Of a DNA stretch of 64,000 nt, positions 38,547-52,180 are shown in pieces; position 1 is the first letter of the stretch, and each line of letters starts with the position of its first letter. Position numbers and translations under genes: made by a program. The notes below the pieces were generated by a model. It did no database searches. It saw nothing but the letters and a program-made list of their open reading frames with translations, and was not told where the DNA came from. This stretch comes from Octopus bimaculoides. Lineage: Eukaryota. The stretch spans positions 164,170,400 through 164,234,399 of the forward strand of contig NC_068981.1 of the NCBI RefSeq assembly GCF_001194135.2, written 5' to 3'.

Positions 38547-38656
38547 ACATATCTTCGTGTGTATGTGTGTGTGTATGTATGTGTGCGTGTGTGTGCCCGT
38601 ATATTTGTGGATATGTATGAGTGTATAAATATTTAACTTTATACATACATACATAT

Positions 38657-38693
<37 letters not shown>

Positions 38694-39319
38694 NNNNNNN
38701 NNNNNNNNNNNNNNNNNNNNNNNNNNNNNNNNNNNNNNNNNNNNNNNNNNNNNNNNNNNNNNNNNNNNNNNNNNNNNNNNNNNNNNNNNNNNNNNNNNNN
38801 NNNNNNNNNNNNNNNNNNNNNNNNNNNNNNNNNNNNNNNNNNNNNNNNNNNNNNNNNNNNNNNNNNNNNNNNNNNNNNNNNNNNNNNNNNNNNNNNNNNN
38901 NNNNNNNNNNATTTAATTAAAGAGATACAAATGGATAGAAAGTCAAAAATGAAATCAAGTCACATACAGAAATAATTACAAGGTAACATCATTAAAATGT
39001 ATTCCGTTAATCCAGATAAAGTTGAGAAAATGTAAATCAAGAGAATGGCAGTCGGTGTTGTCATCCGTCGCCAACTTTGTGTTTGGGATTTCCCTTGCTC
39101 TGCAAATATGTTAAACAGCATTCAGTTCTGTATTTCATATCAGTGCTTCAAGAAAGATTAACAGACTAATGTTGTAAAATATATGAACCTATTTGTGAAT
39201 CAGGAACTGTAAATTAAAAGTGAGTTAGGAATTGTGCTACATTGAAGATAATGGACATATGTAAAGCGAAAGACAAACACAAAGCACATTCTTTGGAATA
39301 TAATTCTTTCTGAATCTCA

Positions 39320-39560
39320 AATTTTGGTACAGGCTGGCAATTTTAGTGGAGGAGGTAAGTCGATTACTTCGATCCCGGTGCTCAAGTGGTAATTTACTAA
39401 CACTGAAAGAATGAAAAAAAAAAAAAAAAGTCGACCTTCATGGTATTTGAATTCAGTACGTAAAGTCGAACTAAATATCTCTAGGCATTTTGTCCAACGT
39501 GCTAATGGTTTAGCGAGCTCACTGTTTTAAAACTGACCTCGGCAACATTTTATTTCAGAA
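39320..39560 (-). mobile_element. SINE family B copy
   Basis: AAATTTTGGTACAGGC..GCAATTT...GGTAAGTCGATTAC.TCGA.CCC.GTGCTCAA.TGGTA...AAAGTCGACCT...ATTTGAA.TCAG.ACGTAAAG. Confidence 0.8.
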
Positions 39561-39584
39561 CGTAAAGCCGGATTTTTTCCCCAC

Positions 39585-39992
39585 TCTTTTACTCTTTTAC
39601 TTGTTTCAGTCTTATTGACTGCGGCCATACTGGAGTACCGCCTTTAGTCGAACAAATCGACTCCAGGACTTATTCTTTGAAAGCCTAGTTCTTATTCTGT
39701 CGACCTTTTTGCCGAACCGCTAGGTTACGGGGACGAAAACACACCAACATCGGTTTCAAACGATGGTGAGGCGACTAACACAGGCACACAAATACAAACA
39801 CACACACATACATATATATATACACCCGACAGGCTTCTTTCAGTTTTCATCTACCAAATCCGCTCACAAGGCTTTGGTCGGCCCGAGGCTATAGTAGAAG
39901 ACACTTGCTCAAGGTTTCCACGCAGTCCCACTGAATCCGGAACTATGTGGTTGGAAAGCACGCTTCTTACCACACAGTCACTCCTGCGTCTG
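39585..39992 (-). mobile_element. SINE family A copy, full length
   Basis: CTCTTTTACTCTTTTACTTGTTTCAGTC...TTCTTACCACACAGTCACTCCTGCG. Confidence 0.95.
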
Positions 39993-40084
39993 TATAAACC
40001 TTTCTATTATAGACACATGGCCTGAAATTATGGCGGAGTGCCTAGTCGATTGTATCGATCTCAGTGCTCAACTTGTACTGATTT

Positions 40085-41053
40085 CCCTCCTCCTGGGACT
40101 GCAGCAGAGATATACCAAAAAAACATGTGCTTTCTTGTGTGTTTGGAACAGCAATCATTACACTGTAAAAGACTGGCCAAAAAGAGATGAGCGCATAGTT
40201 GGTCGGCACAATGTGCAGCATATGCCACTGGTAGAGCCGCAAAAGAGCTTCCTTCCACCCCTTCACATCAAACTTGGCCTCGTGAAAAACATTGTAAAAA
40301 CAATGACACACGATGGTTGCGGCTTCCAGTGCCTAAAAGTAAAATTTGTTGCAGAGAAAAGTGACGCAAAACTGAAAGCAGGCATTTTCACTGGAATCGA
40401 GATTAGAGAATTGATGTCTGATAGCAAATTCAGTGGTAAACTGAATCCAGTTGAGCGGACGGCATGGGATTCATTAGTTGTACAGAACTATCTTGGAAAT
40501 CATAGAGCTGAAAACTAGGCTGATTTAATAAACAACATGCTAACAGTGTATGAAAGAATGTCCCTTAAAATGCACCTCTTGCATTCTCATTTCGATTTTT
40601 TTCCAAAGAATCATGGTGCCGTTAGTGATGAGCATGGTGAGAAGTTCCATCAGGACATATCTGAGATGGAAACGAGGAATCAAGGCCGGTTCAATCCACG
40701 CATGATGGGTGATTACTGCTAGCTCCCACAATGGGAGACCTGCACGAAGCATAAACGCAAGAGCAAGTGTTTCAAACATTTCTGAGCTGAGCATATCAAA
40801 AATAAAATGAGCATTCCCTTAATATAAATATACTATATACAGTACTAATATACTATTATAATAATTATTTACCATGAACTTAACTATTCCTGATACTAAT
40901 ATAGTATTAATATATAATTATGCGTATAACTCAAAATCCTGACGTGCTACAGCAATTCTGAGTTCAGATTCGGAATCAGCGTACTCGATTTAGTTTAGTT
41001 CAACACCGTTTGTCTGGGTAGCGGACAATAACTTTTTTTTTTGTTACCAAGTG
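40085..41053 (+). mobile_element. Chapaev3-like (CMC) DNA transposon, 3' part of transposase plus right terminus
   Basis: LLGLQQRYTK..CAFLCVWNS, LPPLHIKLGL, KLKAGIFTG.EIR.LM, MSLKMHLLHSHFDFFPKNHGAVSDEHGEKFHQDISEME.R.QGR.NP.MMGDYC; ends TTGTTACCAAGTG (GTG-3' terminus); stop at 40516-40518. Confidence 0.8.
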
Positions 41054-41097
41054 AATCAAATATATAAATTACTAGATAAATAAATATCTGTTTGTGA

Positions 41098-41143
<46 letters not shown>

Positions 41144-41353
41144 TACTTCCTAAGAATTTATAGAGCACTTTTAATGAACAACTATCTTGATTAAACGAAT
41201 ATAGGTGTGCACTCCCAGTGTGTCTAATTAACACACATACACACACGCGCACGCACGCACACACGCGCGCGTGCGGTGCACACACACATACGCACGGCGC
41301 ACACATACATACACGCGGCACACATACACACACGCACGTAGAGACATGCACAT

Positions 41354-41391
<38 letters not shown>

Positions 41392-41401
41392 NNNNNNNNN
41401 N

Positions 41402-41443
<42 letters not shown>

Positions 41444-41489
41444 GTATACACGCACACACGTGTGTGTACGTAAATACATACATACATAT

Positions 41490-41524
<35 letters not shown>

Positions 41525-42299
41525 TTAGATTTAGCATTCGTACTGTTCCTACTCAGTAGCCATTGCATCGTCCTGTTCATAAGTGAAAGCTTCACTAAAG
41601 ATGTTTTGAGGTTGCTCAAGCAAGCAGGCGAGCAAAAGGTATGCATGAATTGTTACAGAAAATTACCACCCTTATTTTATGATACTTACCTTTGTCTAGT
41701 ACCCATTATGTGGTCATCCATCGTTCTACGGGTGGACAGTGAGCATCTAATTGTTCTTGAATGCAGGCCTTTATCACGAAGCGTCAACTTGATGATAAGC
41801 CATTAATTTATATTTCTTTTCTTTTCTTTTATCTATCTGTGTGTCTGTTTGTCTGTCTACCTGTCTATCTGTTTATTTATCTATCTATTTATATCTCTGT
41901 GCGTATGTGCGTTCGTGTATGTAGCGGCATGTATATGCATTTATGTGTCTGTTTGCATCATGTATGTTTGTGTTTATGTGTGTATATATATATATGTATG
42001 TGTATATAGTGTATATGTGTGTGAGTGTATAAAATAGCGATTCTTAAACTGACAAATATCAAGCCACTATACTTATGTAAATTTTTTCTTTGCCTCTCCC
42101 ACCATGTCCTTTTTTTTTTACCAATGAGAAGACAGAACAATCACCCGTATAAATTCCTTCTTTCTTGGCCTTTTGTAAGACAAGTTTAAAACTCTAACAA
42201 CCATCATAATCCAATTAAATATGACAAAAAGTCTTATCGTTTTTCAATCCTCAAGCGCTCCTGAAGATGGAGGGTAGCTTGCACACCTTTTAGAAATAT

Positions 42300-42960
42300 T
42301 GGCTTATGAGGTATTTTGTTGCAAGGTGGATCCCAACATTGCCTCTAACAGGCAAACCTCATGCCCTATTCCTAAATGAGAGACAATATTCATTTTATCT
42401 ACCATTATTCAAAATCTTTCTCTATCCAGGTTACACATTCTATTAAAACTTCATCCCCAGTGAAGGTGCCTGTGTATATATTATCTGGGTTTCTGCAATA
42501 GTAACTTCCATTAACTCTGATTCAAGGTCTTTCTTTCTTCCTCATTCTCCCATATACATTTACTAACCTCTACTACTCTGCAAACTTCTCGAAACATTGG
42601 GAACTTTTGGGCCATAATCTCCTTCTTCATTGACAGCATATATATCACTTTGGTCCCTTTCGACGCCATCCTCGGTGACTTCAACGTTCACGACTCCTCG
42701 TGGTTCTCACACTCGTCCCATAATCCAATACTGATATAACCAGTGCAGAGACCGAAGCTGTTTTGCAGTTTTCATGTCTCGATATCAACGTGTTTCATTC
42801 CCTTCTCCAGTCCTGGAACAACTTATAGATATCCCAGTCACCCTTGACATATTTCTCACTTTAAAACTAGCCACTACTAAGCTCTAACTACTTCTCTTCC
42901 AACTGGGTAATCTGACCATTGCCTTATTGCACTTTCTCCTCATACAACCATATACTACTG
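42300..42960 (+). mobile_element. CR1/Jockey-group LINE apurinic endonuclease fragment, decayed
   Basis: AILGDFNVHDSSWFSHS (42664-42715), LDIFLT, LG.SDHCLI motifs in order with frameshifts. Confidence 0.75.
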
Positions 42961-44970
42961 GAGAATAGGACATATAAATATCATTATAAAGTGTAAGGGG
43001 AATAATAAATTCGCAATGCACAAAGTAGCTCTTAAAATATCCTAAAATCTTACGGAGAATTTACAACCTAAACTCTTGAAGGGAAATAATTTCAAAGGAT
43101 GTAATTCTGACTCTGAGTGAGAAAGTATTTTACTCAAATCGATCAATTTAACAAATCACGATTAACCACAAATTTGCCGTTAGTGCCACAGTATACACTA
43201 AAGGATGATAGAAGACAATATCTCAGTAAATAGAGTGCATTCTCAAGATTTTAAATTATTTCGGTTTAAGAGTTAGAGTAACCAGAAAGATTTAAACTAT
43301 GAGGTATCATACTCGAAAACAGTCGCAAAGGAATATTGTATCAACATCAACAATATAAACATCAACTATCAACACTGAAAATGCTATTAACGCTTTGAGA
43401 AAGCTACATAATTAAAGATTTAGCAGTTGGATGTCAGCCGCTGATTTTCAACAGAAAAGCACTCATTGTAAATTTAAAGGAAATATAGAAAGCCGAATCG
43501 ACATATCAACTTTGGCATAGCTCGGCAAATAAAATGTAAAATGAAAACACTCGCTTTCAACATAACTAAAGATCTATTTCTAGTTTAACTATCTATAATA
43601 TATTAAAAGTCAGCTTGAATCTTGCTTGCTTTCTTGCAATGTTACCCAGCCAATCTGGTGCATAATGGAAAATACTATGAATTAAGTTACCCTGAAATGT
43701 TAATATGAACGGGATAAAACAAATTTAGAGTAAATCGGACAAGTGGTTTTTGAGATATTAGGGATTTTCGGGGTATAAATACCCAAAACAGTGCATAATG
43801 GGAAAACATTCCGAAAATAACTTAATCCTGAAAGAAACTCTTACCTTTTGATTAGACTCAGTGACTTGTCAAAGAAAAAATACGACTTGTTTTTTTACTG
43901 TAAATGTTTCTATTTTCGCTTTTGTTAAACACAATATTTTCATCATTTAGAAATATTTTTAAGTGAATGTGATTTCAAAAATGTAAGTTGTTTGTAGAGT
44001 ATTTATTTATATTTTAGCTTCTCTTTAAACAGACAATATTTTAATGTTCTTTTAAATTATTTTCAAGTGAATACCAGTACAAAAATTCTTTTGGCATATT
44101 TGAAAAAATATTTTAAAGAGAAAATTACTTTAAAAATACGGTAGATATTTCGTAAAAGACCCGTTCGTAACCTCGGTGAGAAATAATTTCTTTCCGTAAC
44201 TTCGGTGAGAAATAATTTCCAAAAAGTAATTTTTTTTCGAGTGCATTCAACGTATCTCACCTCCAAAGATTTGGCTGCTATTTCTAGCACACCCTGCTAC
44301 CACGTAACAGCTATTTGCGATAAAGGACCCGAAATACCTGTTACATGGCAGCAAGGGGTGCAAGAAATAACAGTCAAATCTTACCTTTTCTGAGGAAAGG
44401 AGCCGTTTACGCGTGATTTCGATGTCACATTCGTTGACAGCATGCGAAATAACCTGGAAAAGAAAAAAATCCCACGAAACAAAACTCCGTTGGTGGGGAA
44501 ACTCAGACGTTTCCGGTCACCCAACGGGTCACGAGTAATCTAGAGTGTATAAAGAACAATTTATAGCTTAACTAAATACTTAGAAGCTTTATACCAAGTG
44601 TGTTCACGAAATTCCTTCAAGAATTCATTTTAAGTCCTACGCGGTATTGACTGATGAACAAGTAAATTCAAAGCCCAGATTGAAGGTATGTTATAAATTT
44701 TCAATTGATAAATCCGTGAAAAAGCAAATCCAAAATAACATCGCACTTAAATATATAATATTATGACTTGATTCAATTCAGTATTTATCGTCGCTGGAAT
44801 CACTGCATTTAGTAAAGGTACTTGTTTAGTTACAGTCATTAATAATCTTGCAATGAACTGATCACAGACTTTTAACTGAAGGCACAAAAGATATCTCTGG
44901 GACTATATATTTAAAAAGAAAATGGTGCATTTTTAGGTGACAGTTTGTGCTTATGCTTATTTTCGAACTA

Positions 44971-45138
44971 TCGTATTTACTCGTGTATAATTCGCACTAT
45001 TTATATTTGATTCTAACTGAAAAAACTTGGGTGAGACTTACACAGAGAGCAAACCTAAGATTACGTGTGGGGGGGGGGATATTTGTACTAAGATTTAACA
45101 TTAAATTAGGGGTCCGACTTATACACGAGTAAGTACGG
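44971..45138. mobile_element. pogo/Tigger-type MITE
   Basis: TIRs TCGTATTTACTCGTGTATAATTCGCAC vs revcomp CCGTACTTACTCGTGTATAAGTCGGAC (23/27), TA on both flanks (44969-70, 45139-40), 168 bp. Confidence 0.8.
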
Positions 45139-46118
45139 TAAATTCATTGTTATTATTATTACAAAAATCATATGGCAAAAAAGATCTACAGTGGGAATAT
45201 CTGCAGAACAAAGAAACATAAATGACGAAAGAAGAAAATTTTGTTGAAACAAGTAACATAACATAAGAAACTACTTTCAAACAAAATACATTCCCATCAA
45301 TAGTCTTTCCATTTATTTATTCTGTTGTTGTAGCTGTTTTCCTCACAACAAGCAAAACAATATCCTACAACACACTTTCATTGCTAGGACAGCGTCGACA
45401 TTTGATATACTTGTTGGGACTATTGAGAAGTTTCACTGAAACTAATAACAAAGGTTATTAGTCCTTTGAAAGATTTCTATTGAAATTGTGATATTGCAAG
45501 ATTCCATCTCAATAGGTAAGATAGAAGAAGAGGCTTAATATATTCCAAGATTCTATCTCAATAGCTAAGATAGAAAAAGAGGCTTAAGATCGATCCTTTT
45601 TAGTGTGCTTTGCTATCATAAAGGTTGGACCTTCTAAACAACAATACCAAAAGCAAACAACTCAACTAAGAGCTCAAAAGGGAACTCGACGTGAAATACT
45701 CAGCTTTTGAAGATGCTTTGTGCGACCCCGTATCTTGCCTGACGAATCTACAGCGTGAGAAACACTTTGCATCCGAAAAAATGGTTACGTATAAATACAC
45801 TTCCCGGAAACTCAAGAATGCTGTCAAAATCAACAAGATAATTTAGCCCTGCTGCATCCCCAACCGTTAAATAAAACTGCATTTATCTCTGAAGACAGTC
45901 AAAACTTCATTTCCAATAACATATTCAGGCCTTAAACAGAAATTTTATACACTGTACAACTTGGCAAGAGTTTACAAAAGCAGAACAATGCCCTGAAGCT
46001 AAATTCAAGTTATTGCAAATACTGGAGTAAATTTTGGGAAGATATAATGTAAGAGCAGAAAATAATCGTATTCTTTAACCCTAATATTTATTAGTACACA
46101 TACGCACACACACACACA

Positions 46119-46191
<73 letters not shown>

Positions 46192-46648
46192 CATCACAAA
46201 TACTATATAATATATATATATATCAAGTATATAAATATAAGTAATAAATATAATACACAGCCACATACAGATACACATAAGTATATGTATATATATATTT
46301 GTATGTGGATAATACATTATGAATATGTACTCATATTTGAATACATGCATAGATTTATTCTTTTATTTTTAATGACACTCCTGGGTCTCACCTTATAAAA
46401 TAAGACCTCGTTTATTCAACTTGAGAACTATTATTCTACCACATGCCAGCATTTTTGTGCACGCACGTAGACTCACGCGCGCGCGCAGACACGACTAAGC
46501 ACTTTAATATATATCCAAATGTCTGAAAAGATCCATATAGAGCATGTATAAGAGATATTCACATTCACCTCCACAGAAAACCTATTCAAGACATCTCTGC
46601 AATGCATGCGCATAATGCGTGTACGTATGTGTATAATATGTGTGCATA

Positions 46649-46682
<34 letters not shown>

Positions 46683-46879
46683 TATATGCTTGTGTGTGTG
46701 TGTATGTGTGTATAGTTTTGTATTTATATATGCATGTATATGGTATCCAATAAAGACAATTGTACTGAATGTTCTGGTGAGATCGTTGTCAAGAGGTTAC
46801 AGGGAGATCGTATCAAAAATGAGTAGCTGTCAACACTGAACACTTTATGTAAAAAGACCACATCACCTTGTCCCTTCCA

Positions 46880-48010
46880 CCACCATCACCATGACCACGA
46901 CAACCACCACTACCACAGCCACCACTACCACCGCCACCACAACCACCACCACCACCATTACGACTACGACCACCACTACCACAACCAACATCACCCCCAC
47001 CGCCATTATGGCTACGACGACAACGACCACCACGACCACCACCACCACCACCACCACTACAACCNNNNNNNNNNNNNNNNNNNNNNNNNNNNNNNNNNNN
47101 NNNNNNNNNNNNNNNNNNNNNNNNNNNNNNNNNNNNNNNNNNNNNNNNNNNNNNNNNNNNNNNNNNNNNNNNNNNNNNNNNNNNNNNNNNNNNNNNNNNN
47201 NNNNNNNNNNNNNNNNNNNNNNNNNNNNNNNNNNNNNNNNNNNNNNNNNNNNNNNNNNNNNNNNNNNNNNNNNNNNNNNNNNNNNNNNNNNNNNNNNNNN
47301 NNNNNNNNNNNNNNNNNNNNNNNNNNNNNNNNNGAACACTATCTTTACCTCTCCCTTAATGTTCTTAGCGATTGCAATCATTATCATCCCCATCAACACT
47401 AACCCTTTTCAAAAAAAAAACTTCCACTATAAGTTACTAACACTGTCACCAACACATAGATTCCACCACCACCCATCACCACCGCCACCACCACCACCAC
47501 CAGCAGCAACAGCATTTCAACAGTTGTTTACCACTGCTATTATTCCTGGTCTTATCATTGCCGCAAGTGAAGCAGGAACCTCTTACCTCGTCGTCACTAC
47601 GAACGAACAAAATCTCCTTCAAAACTAACACCAGCAGAGCTTGCCACTCACTCGCTCACTTTACTAACGTAACACCACCAATAACACCACCACCACCACT
47701 ACTATTACTACTACTACTACTACTATTAGCAGTCCTACGACCGTCTTCATGACCCCCCCCCCTCCCAAACCAACCTCTGTAGGCACCAGCTAACGCCAGC
47801 ATGATATAACCAGCATTATCAAGAAAACAGTAACAACTCGTTCTTAACCTCCCAGCCAGAACCAATAAGAAACAAGAACAAGTACTAAAACTACAACAAC
47901 AACAACAACAACAACAACAACAGCAGCAGCAGCAACAACAACAATAACAAAAAAAACAACATAAACTGCAACAAGAGCAAGTAACATGAACAACAAAGTA
48001 TCGGTCAAAA
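46880..48010. repeat. Degenerate trinucleotide tracts (ACC/CAC, CTA, CAA/CAG) with a gap
   Basis: Directly visible; stops in all frames outside the pure tracts. Confidence 0.8.
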
Positions 48011-48629
48011 TGTCAGCCAACGTTTTCTTCTTACCTTTTGGCAGTAAGAGAAAAGATGAGGGAAAGAAAGAGATAGATAGATAGAGAGAGAGAGAGGGAG
48101 AGAGAAAGAAAGGGGAAGGAGAGAGAAAGAGGTAGAGAAGGAGAGAGAGAAAGAAATATTGGAATAGAAAGAAATCAAGACGAAGAGAGCAAATGACAGG
48201 CAGCAATCCGTTGAGGGAGTTAGTAAGAGCAAGAATGAGAGAAAAAAAACTTGAGAGAGGTGTGAGCAAGGAAGTCAGTCATTTTGTTTTTTGTTTCATT
48301 TCTGGTGCAACTTTCCCTACTGGCTAAATCTTGTCAAGCCGTCATGTAGTTAAGAACTACTCTCTTGGACACATTGTCAACTTTGCTGTGAGTGATATCA
48401 GTGAGAATTTTCTCAGGCAAGTTATCACACGCTGGTTTTTCTTGGAGCGTTTATTATTTGTATTTGTACATTGGTGCTAACTTTGTTACTTTTGAGAAAC
48501 TATTCTTATAGAGAAAAGTATGTGAACTGACTGATCAATGAAAGAATAAGAAGCAAAAGTGAGATGCAAATATATGTAATGTAACAAACAACGGTCATAG
48601 AAAGTAGTGAGTTATTTTTTTCTACTCTA

Positions 48630-48822
48630 AGCACAAGGTCCAAAATTTTCAGGGAGGGGGCCCAGTCAATTAGATCGACCCCTGTACGCAACTGGTACTT
48701 AATTTATCGACCCCGAAAGGCAAAGTCGACCTCGGCGGAATTTGAACTCAGAACGTAAAGACAGGCGAAATACCGCTAAACATTTCGCCCGGCGTGCTAA
48801 CGTTTCTGCCAGCTCGCCGCCA
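48630..48822 (-). mobile_element. SINE family B copy, near consensus
   Basis: GCACAAGG.CC.AAATTTT...AACTGGTACTTAATTTATCGACCCCGAAAGG..CAAAGTCGACCTCGGCGGAATTTGAACTCAGAACGTAA...CCAGCTCGCCGCC. Confidence 0.95.
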
Positions 48823-49055
48823 AAGTAGTTAGTTATCATTAAAAAATATATACGAGAACGAAAATACTGATGCATGGTTATAGTCTTTCCGGTGAATAGG
48901 GAACTTGAGGAAGAATTGGCTATCGTTTCTAGCAGATCCAGCATCACGTATAATGCAATTCATTTTGTTGCTACTCTGAGCTTCTCGCGTTTGTGCATCA
49001 GTTCGAACGACAAAGCTTATTATCAGCTTCGAACGAATAAATTTTATTACATGGT

Positions 49056-49605
<550 letters not shown>

Positions 49606-49704
49606 ATGAAAAATACATACATCCAGCCATATTAGTATTTATACGAAACTGAGACTCCACTAAGTCACTATTTTAATTTTTCTCGTCTCTCTTCTCCACA
49701 GTGA

Positions 49705-49815
49705 TAGAAATTCAACTCATCCCTTTCGAATCAACATATATATTTTTTTTATTCCATCTCTTGATTCAGTGTGACTTTGCATGTAATTTATAGCATTTGT
49801 TGGCGTGTGCTAGGC
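49705..49815 (+). repeat. Dispersed ~110-bp repeat, second copy at 52590-52695
   Basis: GA.ATTCAACTCAT.C.TTTCGAAT..ACAT...TTTTTTATTCCATC..TTGATTCAGTGTGAC.TTGCA...ATTTATAG.AT.TGTTGGC.TGTG at both sites, same orientation. Confidence 0.8.
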
Positions 49816-51544
49816 ATCACCTATGATTCTGTATAAACGATGCTAAGTGTCAGCAGATTTTAGCTGTTATGATGTTAGCAGATTTTAGCTCCAGCTTTTA
49901 TGAAACAGAGCTACAAAGAGTTTGTTCTTGGTCAGTTTTGCAGCTAGGCAATGACTACCATTACAGAAATTGCCAATTTATGAGCTAGTTCTACCCAGAA
50001 TCAGTACGCCTATGATATTATACTGTTTATAATTGAAAGCACTTTAAAAGATGCTCGTTCTCGCTCTTACATTTGTGTAGCTTCTGAAATGTTTCATGTG
50101 GACATTATATTATTCAACGAGGCAGAGCAGGTAGCTTTTCATCCTTTGGCATAATCGATGCAACTTAGTCAACGGATCAGAATATATTGTTACATTGATT
50201 CTTTCCTATTCTATTAGAATAATGAAGTAGAGTTTCATTTTCTCTGGATCTGAAGGAGTTAATATGGTGTGTTATATGCATTTTCCCCGTGCTAATCAGC
50301 CAATGTTGATATATATATATACAAATAACATCACGGGAAACTTTGCTGCGTGTGTCCGCAGTAATGCATGTAATGTTTACTGTACAAACGATGAAAAACA
50401 CCTAAATTACAAAATAAACCAAAGCTATAACTTCATCAGCTTTCTAACTACGGAAATTCAGTTTCGATACCTTAAGATAGAACTGCTACCTTAGTAGTAG
50501 CAATGAACAATTGAATAAATCATTGGAGATGAGATACAAAAGCAGGTAAAGCAAATAAATGAGTCTTAGTTAAGTGTGAAAGAGAAGACAGCTGATTAGG
50601 ACGAGAAAACTGAAAACATAGATCAATTAACGATGAAATTTAATTAAATAAAACGTAGATATTTTTCATAAAATAAGATTGAGAGACAAGACAACACGAT
50701 ATAATACTTTAACAAGATTTGACTTTTTTTATTCTTGGTATTTTATTGTAGATTCTTCACGAATTCCATCATTAAGAAAGGTGTTCGTTCTGGTTCTCTA
50801 GGTTACAGGGTGGGAAACTAATCCGTGGCCTAGTTTAATACACCACCTGGTCATTGGGCGCTTAAAGTAGAGGTCACTCTGCTGCAAGTATTCGAGTCAG
50901 ATTTCCGATCTGTAAATAAGTTCCTTCATACCTTCAGCTCTGGAGGCCCATGATATGTATAAAGTCATAGCACAGACATTCTTATTCCTTCCCTGAGAAT
51001 ATGGTGACTAAAAATAATCTAACTCATAACTTATCGCCAGAAAACATTTGACGAAAAATGAAATATTTCTTTTAATTTTTGTGCTTAACATTTGCATTAA
51101 TGGTTTTTCCCATACAAAACAAGTTAAAATAGATAGTCCACTGTAAAAAAAAAAATAGAAAAGAAGTTATGTTAGGTATTTTGAGCAAGGTAACTTGTTG
51201 GAACAATCTTATCTTGAGTCTGCGTCAGCTATACAAAAAAAAAAAAAAGAAAGGAAAAAGAGAGTACAGATAACTACTGACATTATGTAACCTAAACAGC
51301 ACAGGAAATTAGCCGTTGGTTCTTTGCCCAGTAGACTAGACTATAGAAGTGTTTCATAGACTCAGTTACCATGAAAATTGAGTAATCCAAAGGCAAGGAA
51401 AGAAAATTACCTAAAATTACAAATGAACTAGCAAAATAAAAAAGACGAAAAAAAGCAGCTATATAGTGGTTGTCATATTTTTATGATACCTAACCACACA
51501 GCTATATCTTCGCACAAATTAAAGGTATATAATTACAGGTACAA

Positions 51545-52180
51545 TCCTTTCTGGGGCGGGGGATACTTCAATTACATCGACCCCAACTTATTCCTTTTGT
51601 TGAAACTCGAAACGGTGAAAGGTTGAGTCGACCGCAGCAAAATTTGAACTCAAAACATGAAGACGAAATTCCGCTATGCTTTTTGCCCGGCGTACTAACG
51701 ATTCTGCCAGCTCACTGCCTTCCCCGTCCCTAATATTCCTTTCTACTATAGGCACAAGGCCTGAAGTTTGGGTGGGAAGGGGAAATCCAATTACACCGAC
51801 ACTAGTGTCTTACTGGTATTTATTTCGTCGACTCAGAAAGGATAAAAGGCGAAGTCGACCTCGGCTGAATTTCAGAACGTAAACACGGACGAAATGTCGC
51901 TAAGCATTTTTTCCCGGTGTGCTAACGGTTGTACCAGTTTGCTGCGTTTCTCTGTCCGTAATATTAATTTTAAATTTTGGCACAAGGCCAGCAATTTCAG
52001 AGAAGCGGATAAGTAAGTTACATCGACCCCGGGAACCAACTGGTACTTATTTTATCAACCCCCCTAAAGGAAGAAGGGCAAAGCGGACCTCGACAGAATT
52101 TGAACTCAGAACGTGCAGACCGACGAAACACCACAAAGCATTTTACCCTGCATGCTAATGATTCTGCCAGTTTGCCGTCT
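51545..52180 (-). mobile_element. Three head-to-tail SINE family B copies (51545-51722, 51735-51950, 51965-52180)
   Basis: Three successive AGTCGACC..G..GAATTT(GAACT)CAGAAC...TAAGCATTTT..CC.G..TGCTAA.G.TT.TGCCAG blocks. Confidence 0.9.

Noticed and set aside
46863-48010. Thr/Pro/Gln-rich ORFs including VKQEP
   Set aside because: Trinucleotide tracts with frequent stops and no consistent frame or splice sites
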